Source: Spirochaetota bacterium (GTDB lineage Bacteria; Spirochaetota; UBA4802; UBA5550). Taken from it: DNA of 57,491 nucleotides. Both the position numbers and the translations under genes were made by a program. Location of the stretch: positions 1 to 57,491 of the forward strand of contig JBHPHB010000003.1 of the NCBI GenBank assembly GCA_042569985.1, written 5' to 3'. Shown piece by piece: positions 47,436 to 56,304 of the stretch; positions within the stretch are counted from its first letter, which is position 1, and every line of letters begins with the position of its first letter. The notes below the pieces were generated by a model that saw nothing but the letters and a program-made list of their open reading frames with translations, was not told the DNA's origin and made no database searches.

Positions 47436-48572
47436 TTAATTATTATCTGGTACTTCCCTGTTATTCTTGCATTGTGGTAAATCAAGATTACATTCATTAA
47501 ACAGAAAACATGTTCGTTTGCAGATATATACCAGCATGAGCATTAAAGGAACCTCTATTAGCACACCTACAACAGTGGCAAGTGATGCCCCGGACGATAA
47601 TCCAAATAACATTGCAGCTGTTGCAATTGCTACCTCAAAATGATTTGAAGCTCCAATCATTGAAGCCGGAGCAGCATCGTGATATGAAAGTTTTAATATC
47701 CTTGAAAAAATAAAATACCCAACTGCAAAAATAAAAATTGTTTGTATAAAAAGTGGAATTGCAATCCATAAAATTGTTAATGGATTTTTCAGTATTATTT
47801 CGCCTTTGAATGAAAATAATAATACAAGGGTAGTCAGTAAAGCGATTATACTTACAGGTGTTAAAACATGAAGGAATTTATTATTAAACCAGGATAATCC
47901 TTTTTTGGCAATTATGATTTTCCTTGAAAAAAAGCCGGCTATTAAAGGCAGTGCAACATATATTGCCACTGAGAGTAAAATGGTTTGCCATGGAATGGGC
48001 ATTGCATTGATACCCAGGAGAAAACCTCCCAATGGAGCATATAAAAATAACATTGCAAGAGAATTAATTGCTACCATTACCAAAGTGAGTGCGTCATTTC
48101 CTTTGGCTAGATAACCCCACATTAAAACCATTGCAGTGCAGGGTGCAATTCCAAGTAAAATGGCTCCAGAAACATAACTTCTCCATAGCTCAACTTCCTG
48201 ACCGCCTTTAATGATTTCCGTTCCTGGTAAATAACTTTTAAATATATATCCCAGGAATAGTGTGGCAATTAAATACATTGTAAACGGTTTAATTGCCCAA
48301 TTGATAACCAGTGTCATTAGAACAGGTTTTGGTGTTTTTGCAGCTTTAAGTACATTGGCGAAATCAATTTTTACCATTATGGGATACATCATGAAAAAGA
48401 GGCAAATTGCAATGGGAATTGATACCTGGTAAATTGACATGGCATCGAGTTTTACAGCTATACCGGGTGCTGCCTTCCCAAGTATAATGCCGAATACAAT
48501 ACAAAGGATAACCCACAGAGTGAGATACTTTTCAAAAATATTTAGTTTTTTTTCATTTGAATTATTATCCAT
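47436..48572 (-). CDS. acr3: ACR3-family arsenite efflux transporter
   Basis: [44 protein letters not shown] and [13 protein letters not shown] (conserved ACR3 Cys). The track ORF extends to 48590. Confidence 0.85.
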   Translation of the reverse strand: MDNNSNEKKLNIFEKYLTLWVILCIVFGIILGKAAPGIAVKLDAMSIYQVSIPIAICLFFMMYPIMVKIDFANVLKAAKTPKPVLMTLVINWAIKPFTMYLIATLFLGYIFKSYLPGTEIIKGGQEVELWRSYVSGAILLGIAPCTAMVLMWGYLAKGNDALTLVMVAINSLAMLFLYAPLGGFLLGINAMPIPWQTILLSVAIYVALPLIAGFFSRKIIIAKKGLSWFNNKFLHVLTPVSIIALLTTLVLLFSFKGEIILKNPLTILWIAIPLFIQTIFIFAVGYFIFSRILKLSYHDAAPASMIGASNHFEVAIATAAMLFGLSSGASLATVVGVLIEVPLMLMLVYICKRTCFLFNECNLDLPQCKNNREVPDNN

Positions 48573-48629
48573 TTTTAGTCTCCTTTCCAAATAATATACT
48601 ATATATTGATTTTTAATAATAAATATCTA

Positions 48630-49328
48630 TTAAAAAATTTGAATTTTAAAAATAAATATCAAGGTAAAATAGATTCCAATTAGAATAAAGATAGCCCCTG
48701 TTATACGCCTTACCCATATTTCTATACTTGTAAGTTTTTTGAATACTGTTCCAATGTATTGTGTTCCTGTTGAAAGGAGAATGGCAAAGCCAATAACAGG
48801 AAGCGCTGTTCCCAGGCCGTATATTGCCGGTATGGTAAGAAAGGATTGATGTTTTAACGAAATTGGAAGCATGCTGCCAAAAAAAAGAGCTGCAGAAACA
48901 GGGCAGAAGGCAAGGGCAAAAAGAAAACCAATGAGTACTGAACCAATATATGGCCCTTTTCGGGTAAGTTTTTCAGCACGTTCCGAATGTCTGTTTCCCC
49001 CAATGCTCAGCTTAATTAAACCCGTCAGGATAAGACCTGTGACTATAAGGATTGGGCCCAGGAACATATTGATCTTTGTTTGTAAAAACATGGAAAGTGC
49101 AGGTACTGAGATTACGCTTGCCACGATAATGGCTGATATTCCCGTGTATGCTATGGCTCTTCCTATTGAATAAAAAATACCCGATAGCAATGTGCGAAAA
49201 GTGGAATCGATGTTTTTCCCAATATACGATATTGCGGCAATGTTTGTGGCAAGGGGGCACGGGCTAACAGATGTTAAGATGCCAAACCACAGTGATGAAG
49301 CGGCAGCTATTAGAAATCCATTCTCCAT
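48630..49328 (-). CDS. CcdA/DsbD-like transmembrane thiol-disulfide electron transfer protein
   Basis: Six TMs with a Cys in TM1 (TSVSPCPLATN) and in a later TM (ALAFCPVSAALF). Confidence 0.7.
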   Translation of the reverse strand: MENGFLIAAASSLWFGILTSVSPCPLATNIAAISYIGKNIDSTFRTLLSGIFYSIGRAIAYTGISAIIVASVISVPALSMFLQTKINMFLGPILIVTGLILTGLIKLSIGGNRHSERAEKLTRKGPYIGSVLIGFLFALAFCPVSAALFFGSMLPISLKHQSFLTIPAIYGLGTALPVIGFAILLSTGTQYIGTVFKKLTSIEIWVRRITGAIFILIGIYFTLIFIFKIQIF

Positions 49329-49330
49329 TA

Positions 49331-49831
49331 CTATGGCCCCTTAATAAAAGTGTTAACTTCATCTTTTATATAGCGGTGGAATGCGTCTTTATCCCTCAAG
49401 TAATCCCACGTTTTATCGAGTCTTTTCCAATTAACCTGCTTTCCCTTGACTATGTCAACAAGTACTACCGTTTTTGTAAAAAGCTCATAGTCCTTAGCGT
49501 AGTGTTTATTTTTTGGTACCTCAATATTAACTGTTTTAAATATAATCTTACTTGAATTGATTTGCTTTTTGAATTGGCTATTTAGTGTTTCTTTTGTTAA
49601 CTTTTCAATTAATGTGCAGGAATAGCAACGGTATGTTGTATGAAAATAGTAAACAATTATAGTACGGCCTGTATTGTTAAAGATTTTCTTTGATGCTGGT
49701 GGTTTGATATTGTCCTGAGCATGTATAGTGCCGGTTTTTTCCTGTTTGCATGAAACAAAGAAAATAATTATCATCATAAAGCTGATAATAGTTAAACTTA
49801 GCAATTTTATTTTATTAACATATTTATACAT
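49331..49831 (-). CDS. Membrane-anchored/lipoprotein thioredoxin-fold protein with a CxxC motif
   Basis: Anchor IISFMMIIIFFVSC. IIVYYFHTTYRCYSCTLIE carries the CxxC. Confidence 0.5.
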   Translation of the reverse strand: MYKYVNKIKLLSLTIISFMMIIIFFVSCKQEKTGTIHAQDNIKPPASKKIFNNTGRTIIVYYFHTTYRCYSCTLIEKLTKETLNSQFKKQINSSKIIFKTVNIEVPKNKHYAKDYELFTKTVVLVDIVKGKQVNWKRLDKTWDYLRDKDAFHRYIKDEVNTFIKGP

Positions 49832-49847
49832 TTTTCCCTCACATAAC

Positions 49848-50081
49848 CTATTTAATTAGATTTTTTATTTCTTCAAGAGATGGTACTTTTCCTGCTACCT
49901 TAACCTTACCATCAACAACCAGGGCTGGAGTTGTCATAACTCCATAATCCATTATCTTATTGATATCCTTGACCTTTTCCACTGAATGTTCTATGCCCAG
50001 TTCTTCTGCTGCCTTTTTTGAAAGCTCTTCAAGTTTTGCGCATTTTGGGCACCCGGTCCCCAAAACTTTAATATCTTTCAT
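49848..50081 (-). CDS. Small thioredoxin-family protein (redox-active disulfide protein 2 type)
   Basis: MKDIKVLGTGCPKCAKLEE...TPALVVDGKVKVAGKVPSLEEIKNLI; 77 aa. Confidence 0.85.
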   Translation of the reverse strand: MKDIKVLGTGCPKCAKLEELSKKAAEELGIEHSVEKVKDINKIMDYGVMTTPALVVDGKVKVAGKVPSLEEIKNLIK

Positions 50082-50251
50082 TTGTGTTCCTCCCTTTTAT
50101 CATATATATAATGCTGTATAGATTGTTTTATGCTTTTAATACCTCTTCTGTCACTATGACACCTGCATGGATTTTGCCTCCTAAGTTCATTGGCAATAAT
50201 AACGATTGCAATGGATAAGAGAATTAACAGTATGTGTTTGAATTTCTTCAT
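50078..50251 (-). CDS. Possible small membrane protein (57 aa) filling the permease-thioredoxin gap
   Basis: MKKFKHILLILLSIAIVIIANE (TM) followed by a basic tail with CRC. Its stop overlaps the downstream start. No homology is recognisable. Confidence 0.35.
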   Translation of the reverse strand: MKKFKHILLILLSIAIVIIANELRRQNPCRCHSDRRGIKSIKQSIQHYIYDKREEHK

Positions 50252-50258
50252 ATCAATA

Positions 50259-51557
50259 TTAAAACAAAGCTCCATATATTAAACCGCTAATGGTTGACAT
50301 TATAACGACCAGTGTCACATACACTGCTGTCTTTTGTGTACCAATAACGCTTCTTATTACCAGCATGTTAGGTAATGAGAGTGCAGGCCCTGCAAGGAGC
50401 AGTGCCAGAGCCGGGCCTTTGCCCATACCGGCACCCAAGAGGCCCTGTAAAATTGGTATTTCGGTTAATGTTGCAAAATACATGAAAGCTCCGGCAATTG
50501 ATGCAAAAAGGTTGGATGCAAAACTGTTCCCTCCAACAGCACTTTCAACCCAACGTGAAGGGATAAGGCCTTCATGGCCGGGCCTGCCAAGGAGCAGTCC
50601 TGCAACAAGCACACCAAAAAGCAGCAGTGGAAGTATCTGTTTGGCAAATCCCCAGGATTGGCTGAACCATTCCTTTGACTCACCGTCTCCGGTACTGGTA
50701 ATAATTGAAAGTCCCATAACGGCAGCGGAGAAGGGTATTATAGGTTCATGGCTGAAAAAGAATCCCAGAATTCCGGGTGGAATTGATGCAAGCAGTACCT
50801 TCCACCATGTTATTTTAAACCATAAAACAAGAACGGCTCCTAACAGGACAGAGAAAATAATTGTTATAATCCATTTATTACTGTATATAAAAAACCAGAG
50901 CCCTGAGGTGGAATCCGTTTTTCCCCAGTTTGCAAAGACAAGTATAGCTACCATAAAGAAGAAATAGACAGCATTTTGCCATAATGGTCGAATGATTTCA
51001 GGTTCAGGTAAATGCATCATGTTTTTAGCTTTTTCAACTTCTTCTTTTCTGTATATAAAATGCATCATAAGACCTATGACAATACTGAAGAGAATTGCGC
51101 CAACGGCACGTGCAACTCCCAGCTCAAATCCAAGAACATTGGCAGTAAGAATTATGGCAAGTACATTGATGGCCGGACCAGAATATAGAAAAGCAGATGC
51201 AGGCCCAAGGCCTGCGCCCATACGGTAAATACCGGCAAAAAGGGGCAGGACGGTGCAGGAACAAACAGCTAATATTGAACCTGAAACCGATGAAACGCTA
51301 TAGGCAATGACCTTTTTTGCAGCAGGTCCCAGGTACTTCATAACAGATGCTTCACTAATAAAAACAGCTATAGCTCCGGCAATAAAAAAAGCAGGTACCA
51401 GGCAAAGCAATACATGTTCCCGGGCATACCATTTTGCCAGATGAAACGCTTCCATTATTGAGTTATCAAAACGCTGCCATCCCATTGGCAAAAAGAACAA
51501 CAACAAAAAAATACCGATAATATATATAAGGGGTTTCCATTCGTCTTTCCAGAACAT
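50259..51557 (-). CDS. DUF318-type permease (ArsP-like predicted permease)
   Basis: About 10 TMs. A vicinal-type Cys motif SILAVCSCTVLPLF is typical of this family. It has the usual genomic association with ArsR and small thioredoxins. Confidence 0.7.
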   Translation of the reverse strand: MFWKDEWKPLIYIIGIFLLLFFLPMGWQRFDNSIMEAFHLAKWYAREHVLLCLVPAFFIAGAIAVFISEASVMKYLGPAAKKVIAYSVSSVSGSILAVCSCTVLPLFAGIYRMGAGLGPASAFLYSGPAINVLAIILTANVLGFELGVARAVGAILFSIVIGLMMHFIYRKEEVEKAKNMMHLPEPEIIRPLWQNAVYFFFMVAILVFANWGKTDSTSGLWFFIYSNKWIITIIFSVLLGAVLVLWFKITWWKVLLASIPPGILGFFFSHEPIIPFSAAVMGLSIITSTGDGESKEWFSQSWGFAKQILPLLLFGVLVAGLLLGRPGHEGLIPSRWVESAVGGNSFASNLFASIAGAFMYFATLTEIPILQGLLGAGMGKGPALALLLAGPALSLPNMLVIRSVIGTQKTAVYVTLVVIMSTISGLIYGALF

Positions 51558-51614
51558 TATTTTCTCCTGGTAATTGTGAATGTTTGGTAAAATAATTAAA
51601 TAATGACAAAAAAA

Positions 51615-51950
51615 TTATTTAGTTTTACAGCTTGCTAAAACATTAAGCTGATCCTGAGATTTTGTCTCAATGACATCCTCTATACAGCTGATAAAATCCA
51701 GGATACATGGACATTTCAGGTGATAGTAAATGGTTGTACCATGTCTTTCATCAAAGACAAGGCCTTCATTTTTTAAGATACTCAGGTGTTTTGAAACTGT
51801 TGAAGTGTCAGAACCGATCATCTTGGTTAGTTCGCCTACGCTGCGCTCCTTCTTTTTAAGTTCTTCAACAATAAATAACCTGCTATGGTGCCCCAGTGCC
51901 TTGATAATTCTAGCCCTTGCCTTGTATTGTGCTTCTTCATCCGGTTTCAT
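51615..51950 (-). CDS. ArsR/SmtB-family metalloregulatory transcription repressor
   Basis: IIKALGHHSRLFIVEELKKKERSVGELTKMIGSDTSTVSKHLSILKNEGLV (winged HTH), and a Cys-rich C-terminus CPCILDFISC. Confidence 0.88.
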   Translation of the reverse strand: MKPDEEAQYKARARIIKALGHHSRLFIVEELKKKERSVGELTKMIGSDTSTVSKHLSILKNEGLVFDERHGTTIYYHLKCPCILDFISCIEDVIETKSQDQLNVLASCKTK

Positions 51951-51964
51951 TTTTTATTCCTTTG

Positions 51965-51986
51965 TATTTGGCAAAATAGCCAAATA
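51965..51986. promoter_or_regulatory. Candidate ArsR operator (perfect 8-6-8 inverted repeat)
   Basis: TATTTGGC-AAAATA-GCCAAATA lies 15-36 nt upstream of the arsR start, between the presumed promoter and the AAGGA SD. Confidence 0.4.
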
Positions 51987-52147
51987 GTAAATAATTATCA
52001 ACTTATTTTTTAAATTTAATTGGGTTAAGAAGTTTTTTGTAATAAATATTTATAATATTACTAATATTAGTTAATTAATACTCTACAATATACTATTTGA
52101 CGAATATTAAGATAATGTCATTCATAGTTTTCAGGGGAAGAATATAA

Positions 52148-53707
52148 ATGGGCTCTCTTTTAAAATCTACAGGTATAGTTGCAGCTTCTACTTTAACCAG
52201 CAGGATAATGGGTTTTCTCAGGGATATGCTCTTTGCAAAATATTTTGGAGCAACAGGGGCAACAGATGCCTTCTGGATTGCCTTTAGAATACCCAACATG
52301 ATGAGGCGTTTCGTAGCTGAAGGTACTTTAACAATTTCATTTATCCCCGTATATTCTGATATTTTAATCAATGAAGGAGAAAAAGAAGCCCTCGCTTTAG
52401 CACAAAAGACTTTAAGCATATTGTTTGTTGCATTAATTGGAATAATTTCTATTGGGATGATCTTTTCTCCCGAGCTTGCGGGTCTTCTTGCCTGGGGTAT
52501 TGATGACCCCGGTATACTTAGTCTGGCAGGGAAACTTACGCGGTACATGTTTCCCTATCTTTTCTTCGTGAGTTTTGTTGCTTTTTCAATGGGTGTTCTT
52601 AATACCCACGGGTATTTTTTTGCGCCGGCATTTTCCCCTGTCCTGTTAAATATAAATATTATAGTGGGGATAGTCCTTTTGGGCAGGTTTTTCCAGGAGC
52701 CGCTCTACGGGGTAGCTGTGGGCGTTATTGCCGGGGGGCTTTTCCAGCTCATTTTACAAATACCATACCTAATTAAATCCGGTTTTAAACTCAGGATTTC
52801 CCTCGACCTGAAACACCCCGGCATTCGAAGGATTGGCAGGTTGATTGCGCCAACCCTTTTTGGTGCGGGCATTTATGAAATAAATATTATTATAATTACC
52901 ATTCTCTCCTCAATGCTTCCCAGCGGTAATATCACTTACCTCTATTACTGTAACAGGCTAACGGAACTTGTCATTGGCATATTCATCGTTTCAATCGGCA
53001 GTGTTGTTTTGCCCGAGATGTCCAAGTTGAAATCGATTGATGATATGGAACAGTTTAAGAAAGTATTCAGGGGTTCCATGAACGCATCAATGTTTCTGGC
53101 TATTCCGGCAAGTACTGCCCTTGTAATAATTGGATTTCCCATATTGTCGGTTCTTTTTATGAGGGGTAAGTTTACTCCTGCAGATGCAGAAGTTACTTAC
53201 AGGGCGCTCGTCTATGCAAGCATAGGTATATCTTCAGTTTCCATATTGAGAATTGTAACACCTGCTTTTTATTCACTGAAGGACGCTAAAACGCCTGTTA
53301 TTGCAGCATTTATAAATTTTATTTTAAATTTTTTCCTGGGATATTTTTTAATGGGCACTTCGTTGAAACTTGCAGGCTTAACCCTTGGACTATCAATTTC
53401 CGTTACTGTGCAGATAATAATCCTTCTGGTAATACTTCAAAGAAAAATTGGGCATATACAATTTGGTCAAATTTTTATATCTATGTTAAAATATATTGCA
53501 GCCAGTATTGTCATGGGTATAGTTATTATGCAGTTATCAGGTCTTGCTGACTGGGTTAAAGGTTCAATTTTAGAAAGAATTTTAATCCTGCTATTGACTA
53601 TTTTTTCAGGGGGGATGACTTATTTTGCAGTTTGTTATTTACTGAAAGTTGATGAGATTAAATATCTCCTTGGTAAAGTAAAGGGGAAACTGAAATTATC
53701 TTCGTGA
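52148..53707 (+). CDS. murJ: Lipid II flippase MurJ
   Basis: LLKSTGIVAASTLTSRIMGFLRDMLFAKYFGATGATDAFWIAFRIPNMMRRFVAEG. 14-TM profile. 519 aa. Confidence 0.92.
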   Translation: MGSLLKSTGIVAASTLTSRIMGFLRDMLFAKYFGATGATDAFWIAFRIPNMMRRFVAEGTLTISFIPVYSDILINEGEKEALALAQKTLSILFVALIGIISIGMIFSPELAGLLAWGIDDPGILSLAGKLTRYMFPYLFFVSFVAFSMGVLNTHGYFFAPAFSPVLLNINIIVGIVLLGRFFQEPLYGVAVGVIAGGLFQLILQIPYLIKSGFKLRISLDLKHPGIRRIGRLIAPTLFGAGIYEINIIIITILSSMLPSGNITYLYYCNRLTELVIGIFIVSIGSVVLPEMSKLKSIDDMEQFKKVFRGSMNASMFLAIPASTALVIIGFPILSVLFMRGKFTPADAEVTYRALVYASIGISSVSILRIVTPAFYSLKDAKTPVIAAFINFILNFFLGYFLMGTSLKLAGLTLGLSISVTVQIIILLVILQRKIGHIQFGQIFISMLKYIAASIVMGIVIMQLSGLADWVKGSILERILILLLTIFSGGMTYFAVCYLLKVDEIKYLLGKVKGKLKLSS

Positions 53708-53720
53708 AAAAATAATGTTT

Positions 53721-54407
53721 TCAGCATTTGATGATTGTATCAATAACTAATTCAATATCAGAGAAGTCATCAAAATAGTAATGGGGATTATGTGACAGAA
53801 GGATGCTTTTTTCAGTCCACCCCGTACCTACAGAGATAGAAATCGCCCCTGATTTTTTTGCACATTCAATATCATGAACTGTATCCCCGATAATTACCAT
53901 GTTGCTAAAATCAATATCAATTGAGAAGTTAGCACATATTTTTTTTTGCGCAATGAACGGCATTTCATTTCTTTCAGCTGTATCATCCCCAAAAATACCC
54001 ACCTTAAAATATTTATTTAAATTATGGCTGCTAAGCTTTATTTTAGCACTTTCACTGAAATTACCCGTAAGCAGGCCCAGCATTATGTTTTTATCTGTTG
54101 ACAGGGTTGGAAGAATATTTTTAATTCCGGGCATTAGGGTTACTCCGGATTTTTTTATCTCACTGCGCAGATATTTGAAATAGTTTTTCTTTAATTTGTT
54201 AATATTCAGATCGATGATTTCCCTGGTGATACCATTGCCGGTTAAAGATTCATAAAGTATTTTTGGGTCTGTTTTTCCCTGGAAATTTACTTTTTCCATT
54301 ATCCCCACGGTACCAAAGGTGTCAATGGTAGCCTTAATTATTGAAGCCTTTCCTGCTCCATGCGCTCTAATTATTGTTCCATCTATGTCAAAAAGTACTG
54401 CTTTAAT
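53721..54407 (-). CDS. HAD-superfamily phosphatase; proposed ATT start
   Basis: The track ORF (to 54308) lacks HAD motif I. The same frame continues upstream as IKAVLFDIDGTIIRAHGAGKASIIKATIDTFGTVGIMEK... Between the upstream TAA and the DxDGT there is no ATG, GTG or TTG. ATT 54407-54405 lies 8 nt after GGGAG. Motifs III/IV (K...GDTVHD) are present. Confidence 0.7.
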   Translation of the reverse strand: MKAVLFDIDGTIIRAHGAGKASIIKATIDTFGTVGIMEKVNFQGKTDPKILYESLTGNGITREIIDLNINKLKKNYFKYLRSEIKKSGVTLMPGIKNILPTLSTDKNIMLGLLTGNFSESAKIKLSSHNLNKYFKVGIFGDDTAERNEMPFIAQKKICANFSIDIDFSNMVIIGDTVHDIECAKKSGAISISVGTGWTEKSILLSHNPHYYFDDFSDIELVIDTIIKC

Positions 54408-54585
54408 AACTGTTTCTCCCTCTGAAAAAAAGTGTTGAAATTAAATGGTTAATGACCCTTTTTTGTAAATTATCACGGGTAAATGATTTACAGCAAGTTC
54501 ATAAAATTTATTATTTACTGCATTAAGATATTATATATCTTGTAATATAGTTATATAAGCCTCAATAATATTTTTCGGAGTATTT

Positions 54586-56304
54586 ATGTCAAATATATCT
54601 ACCAGGTTCTGGGATTTTATTTTTAATGGTAAAAAACTCAAAGTGTTTATATTTGTTTTTTCAGGGGCATTTATATTAAGGCTGCCCACTGTATTCATCG
54701 ATTTTGTTCACATTGATGTTATAACAACATATCTACTGGTTAAGAAGGACCTGGCGGGGTTGTTTTTTAAACCCAACAAAGGTATTCTCTATCATGAGAT
54801 ATATAAGTTTTGTGTTGAGTATTTAGCTGATACTCCTAAATCATTTCACTTTGCCGGCATTGTCATTATACTTCTCACAATGTTATTTATATATCTCCTT
54901 TCTAAGAAGATATTCAATGACAGGATTGGCATTGTATCTGCAATGTTGTATGGGTTTATAATATCATCATATAATACTGAGTTTTTAGCTACAAACGGTG
55001 AAGCAGTTTATAATCTCTTTTTTATTGCTTCGTTTTATTTTTTCTACCTTGTGTACTTTGATAAAAGGTATGTATTTATAATCCCTTTATTTCTTTCCAT
55101 AACACTTGGCACTTTTATAAAGTTTCAGGCTAATTATATCATCTTTTTCTTTATATTCTATATGTTATACATTAAGCCTTGTTATTCAATTAAGAGCAGA
55201 CCAGTTTTAATAAAATACTTAGCTTCTGTAACTGCTTTTTTTACAGTGGTATTAATATTATTAATTATTGATTGGAACTACGGCAGGATGTTTTTTCCGG
55301 GATCCATTGAAAAAACAGTTGAACATATTGTGAGTTATGTTGTTGCAAAGGGCTTTAGTCCTGTTAAAATTGCTGGGAAACTACTGTGGCGGTCTATTCA
55401 ATTTATCCTGTATCACAGTCTCCTGTGGATACCCGGCATTATTGCAATTATCGGTTATTTTAAAACCAAAGAAAAAAAGGAGGTCCATACCTATCTGGTT
55501 GCCATTACCTTATTTCTTTTCCTTACCATATTTCTCAGCGGTTCAAGGCTTTATATACATTACTTCATAACTGTCATGCCCACCCTTGCAATCTTAGCTT
55601 CCAGTGAAATATATAAAAGGGCTGGTTCGGAAAAATTCAAGAAAATTGCCTTCAGGGTTTTTCTTATTCCCGTTATTTTCTTTATGGTATGGAATTTCAG
55701 AGATGCCTATATTGCAAACTTTGCTCCACAAATGAGGCATAATGAAAGTAAAGCTGTATATTTTAGCAGGTTAATATTAATGGGGCAATACGGAGAGCAT
55801 ATTGTACCGCACGGCAGTATCCTGGAAGTAGTGAAATTCCTGAAAGAGAAAACAGATGTAAATGAAAAAATATTTACATGGCCCATTGGGAACGAGGTTT
55901 CCTTTTTCTCAAAGAGGATGTCTGCAACGCCAAATTACTGGTATAATGAAAAATCTCTTTATGGCATTGTGAGTAAAGAGAAAGGGGACATGAAAACATT
56001 TAATGAAATCCAGACATATCTAATCGATCAGTTGAGGAAAAGTAAAACTGATTATTTTGTTGATGTGAGCCTTACATCTATGTTCAGGAAAACACTGATT
56101 TATAAAAAGAAGGATGATCCCCTGTTTTATTTCGATTTAAACACCATGCCCATCATCAGGTTTGGAAGCTTTGGAGGGCTTCATAATTATCCCCGCCTGA
56201 TGAAACATATTGACAGGAATTATATTTTTCTCGGTTTTTTTGGCAAGGCCCGTGTATGGAAAAGAGTTGAAAGGAAGAAAAGGAAGATTGGAAAAAATAA
56301 ATAA
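54586..56304 (+). CDS. GT-C fold membrane glycosyltransferase (ArnT/PMT, GT39/GT83-like)
   Basis: About 11 TMs followed by a soluble C-terminal domain. 572 aa. It is a paralogue of the next gene. Confidence 0.6.
   Translation: MSNISTRFWDFIFNGKKLKVFIFVFSGAFILRLPTVFIDFVHIDVITTYLLVKKDLAGLFFKPNKGILYHEIYKFCVEYLADTPKSFHFAGIVIILLTMLFIYLLSKKIFNDRIGIVSAMLYGFIISSYNTEFLATNGEAVYNLFFIASFYFFYLVYFDKRYVFIIPLFLSITLGTFIKFQANYIIFFFIFYMLYIKPCYSIKSRPVLIKYLASVTAFFTVVLILLIIDWNYGRMFFPGSIEKTVEHIVSYVVAKGFSPVKIAGKLLWRSIQFILYHSLLWIPGIIAIIGYFKTKEKKEVHTYLVAITLFLFLTIFLSGSRLYIHYFITVMPTLAILASSEIYKRAGSEKFKKIAFRVFLIPVIFFMVWNFRDAYIANFAPQMRHNESKAVYFSRLILMGQYGEHIVPHGSILEVVKFLKEKTDVNEKIFTWPIGNEVSFFSKRMSATPNYWYNEKSLYGIVSKEKGDMKTFNEIQTYLIDQLRKSKTDYFVDVSLTSMFRKTLIYKKKDDPLFYFDLNTMPIIRFGSFGGLHNYPRLMKHIDRNYIFLGFFGKARVWKRVERKKRKIGKNK

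Noticed and set aside
50290-50967. 225-aa plus-strand ORF (plus others at 50992-51228 and 50465-50683) opposite the DUF318 permease
   Set aside because: The minus strand encodes a continuous 432-aa polytopic protein with family-typical motifs. The plus-strand products are P/S/A-rich with no features. These are long antisense ORFs in a locally GC-richer gene.
52053-52069. TAATATTA-C-TAATATTA palindrome/direct repeat in the arsR-murJ divergent region
   Set aside because: It is a pure A/T self-complementary octamer in an AT-rich spacer and is likely compositional. The GC-containing repeat at 51965-51986 is the better operator candidate.
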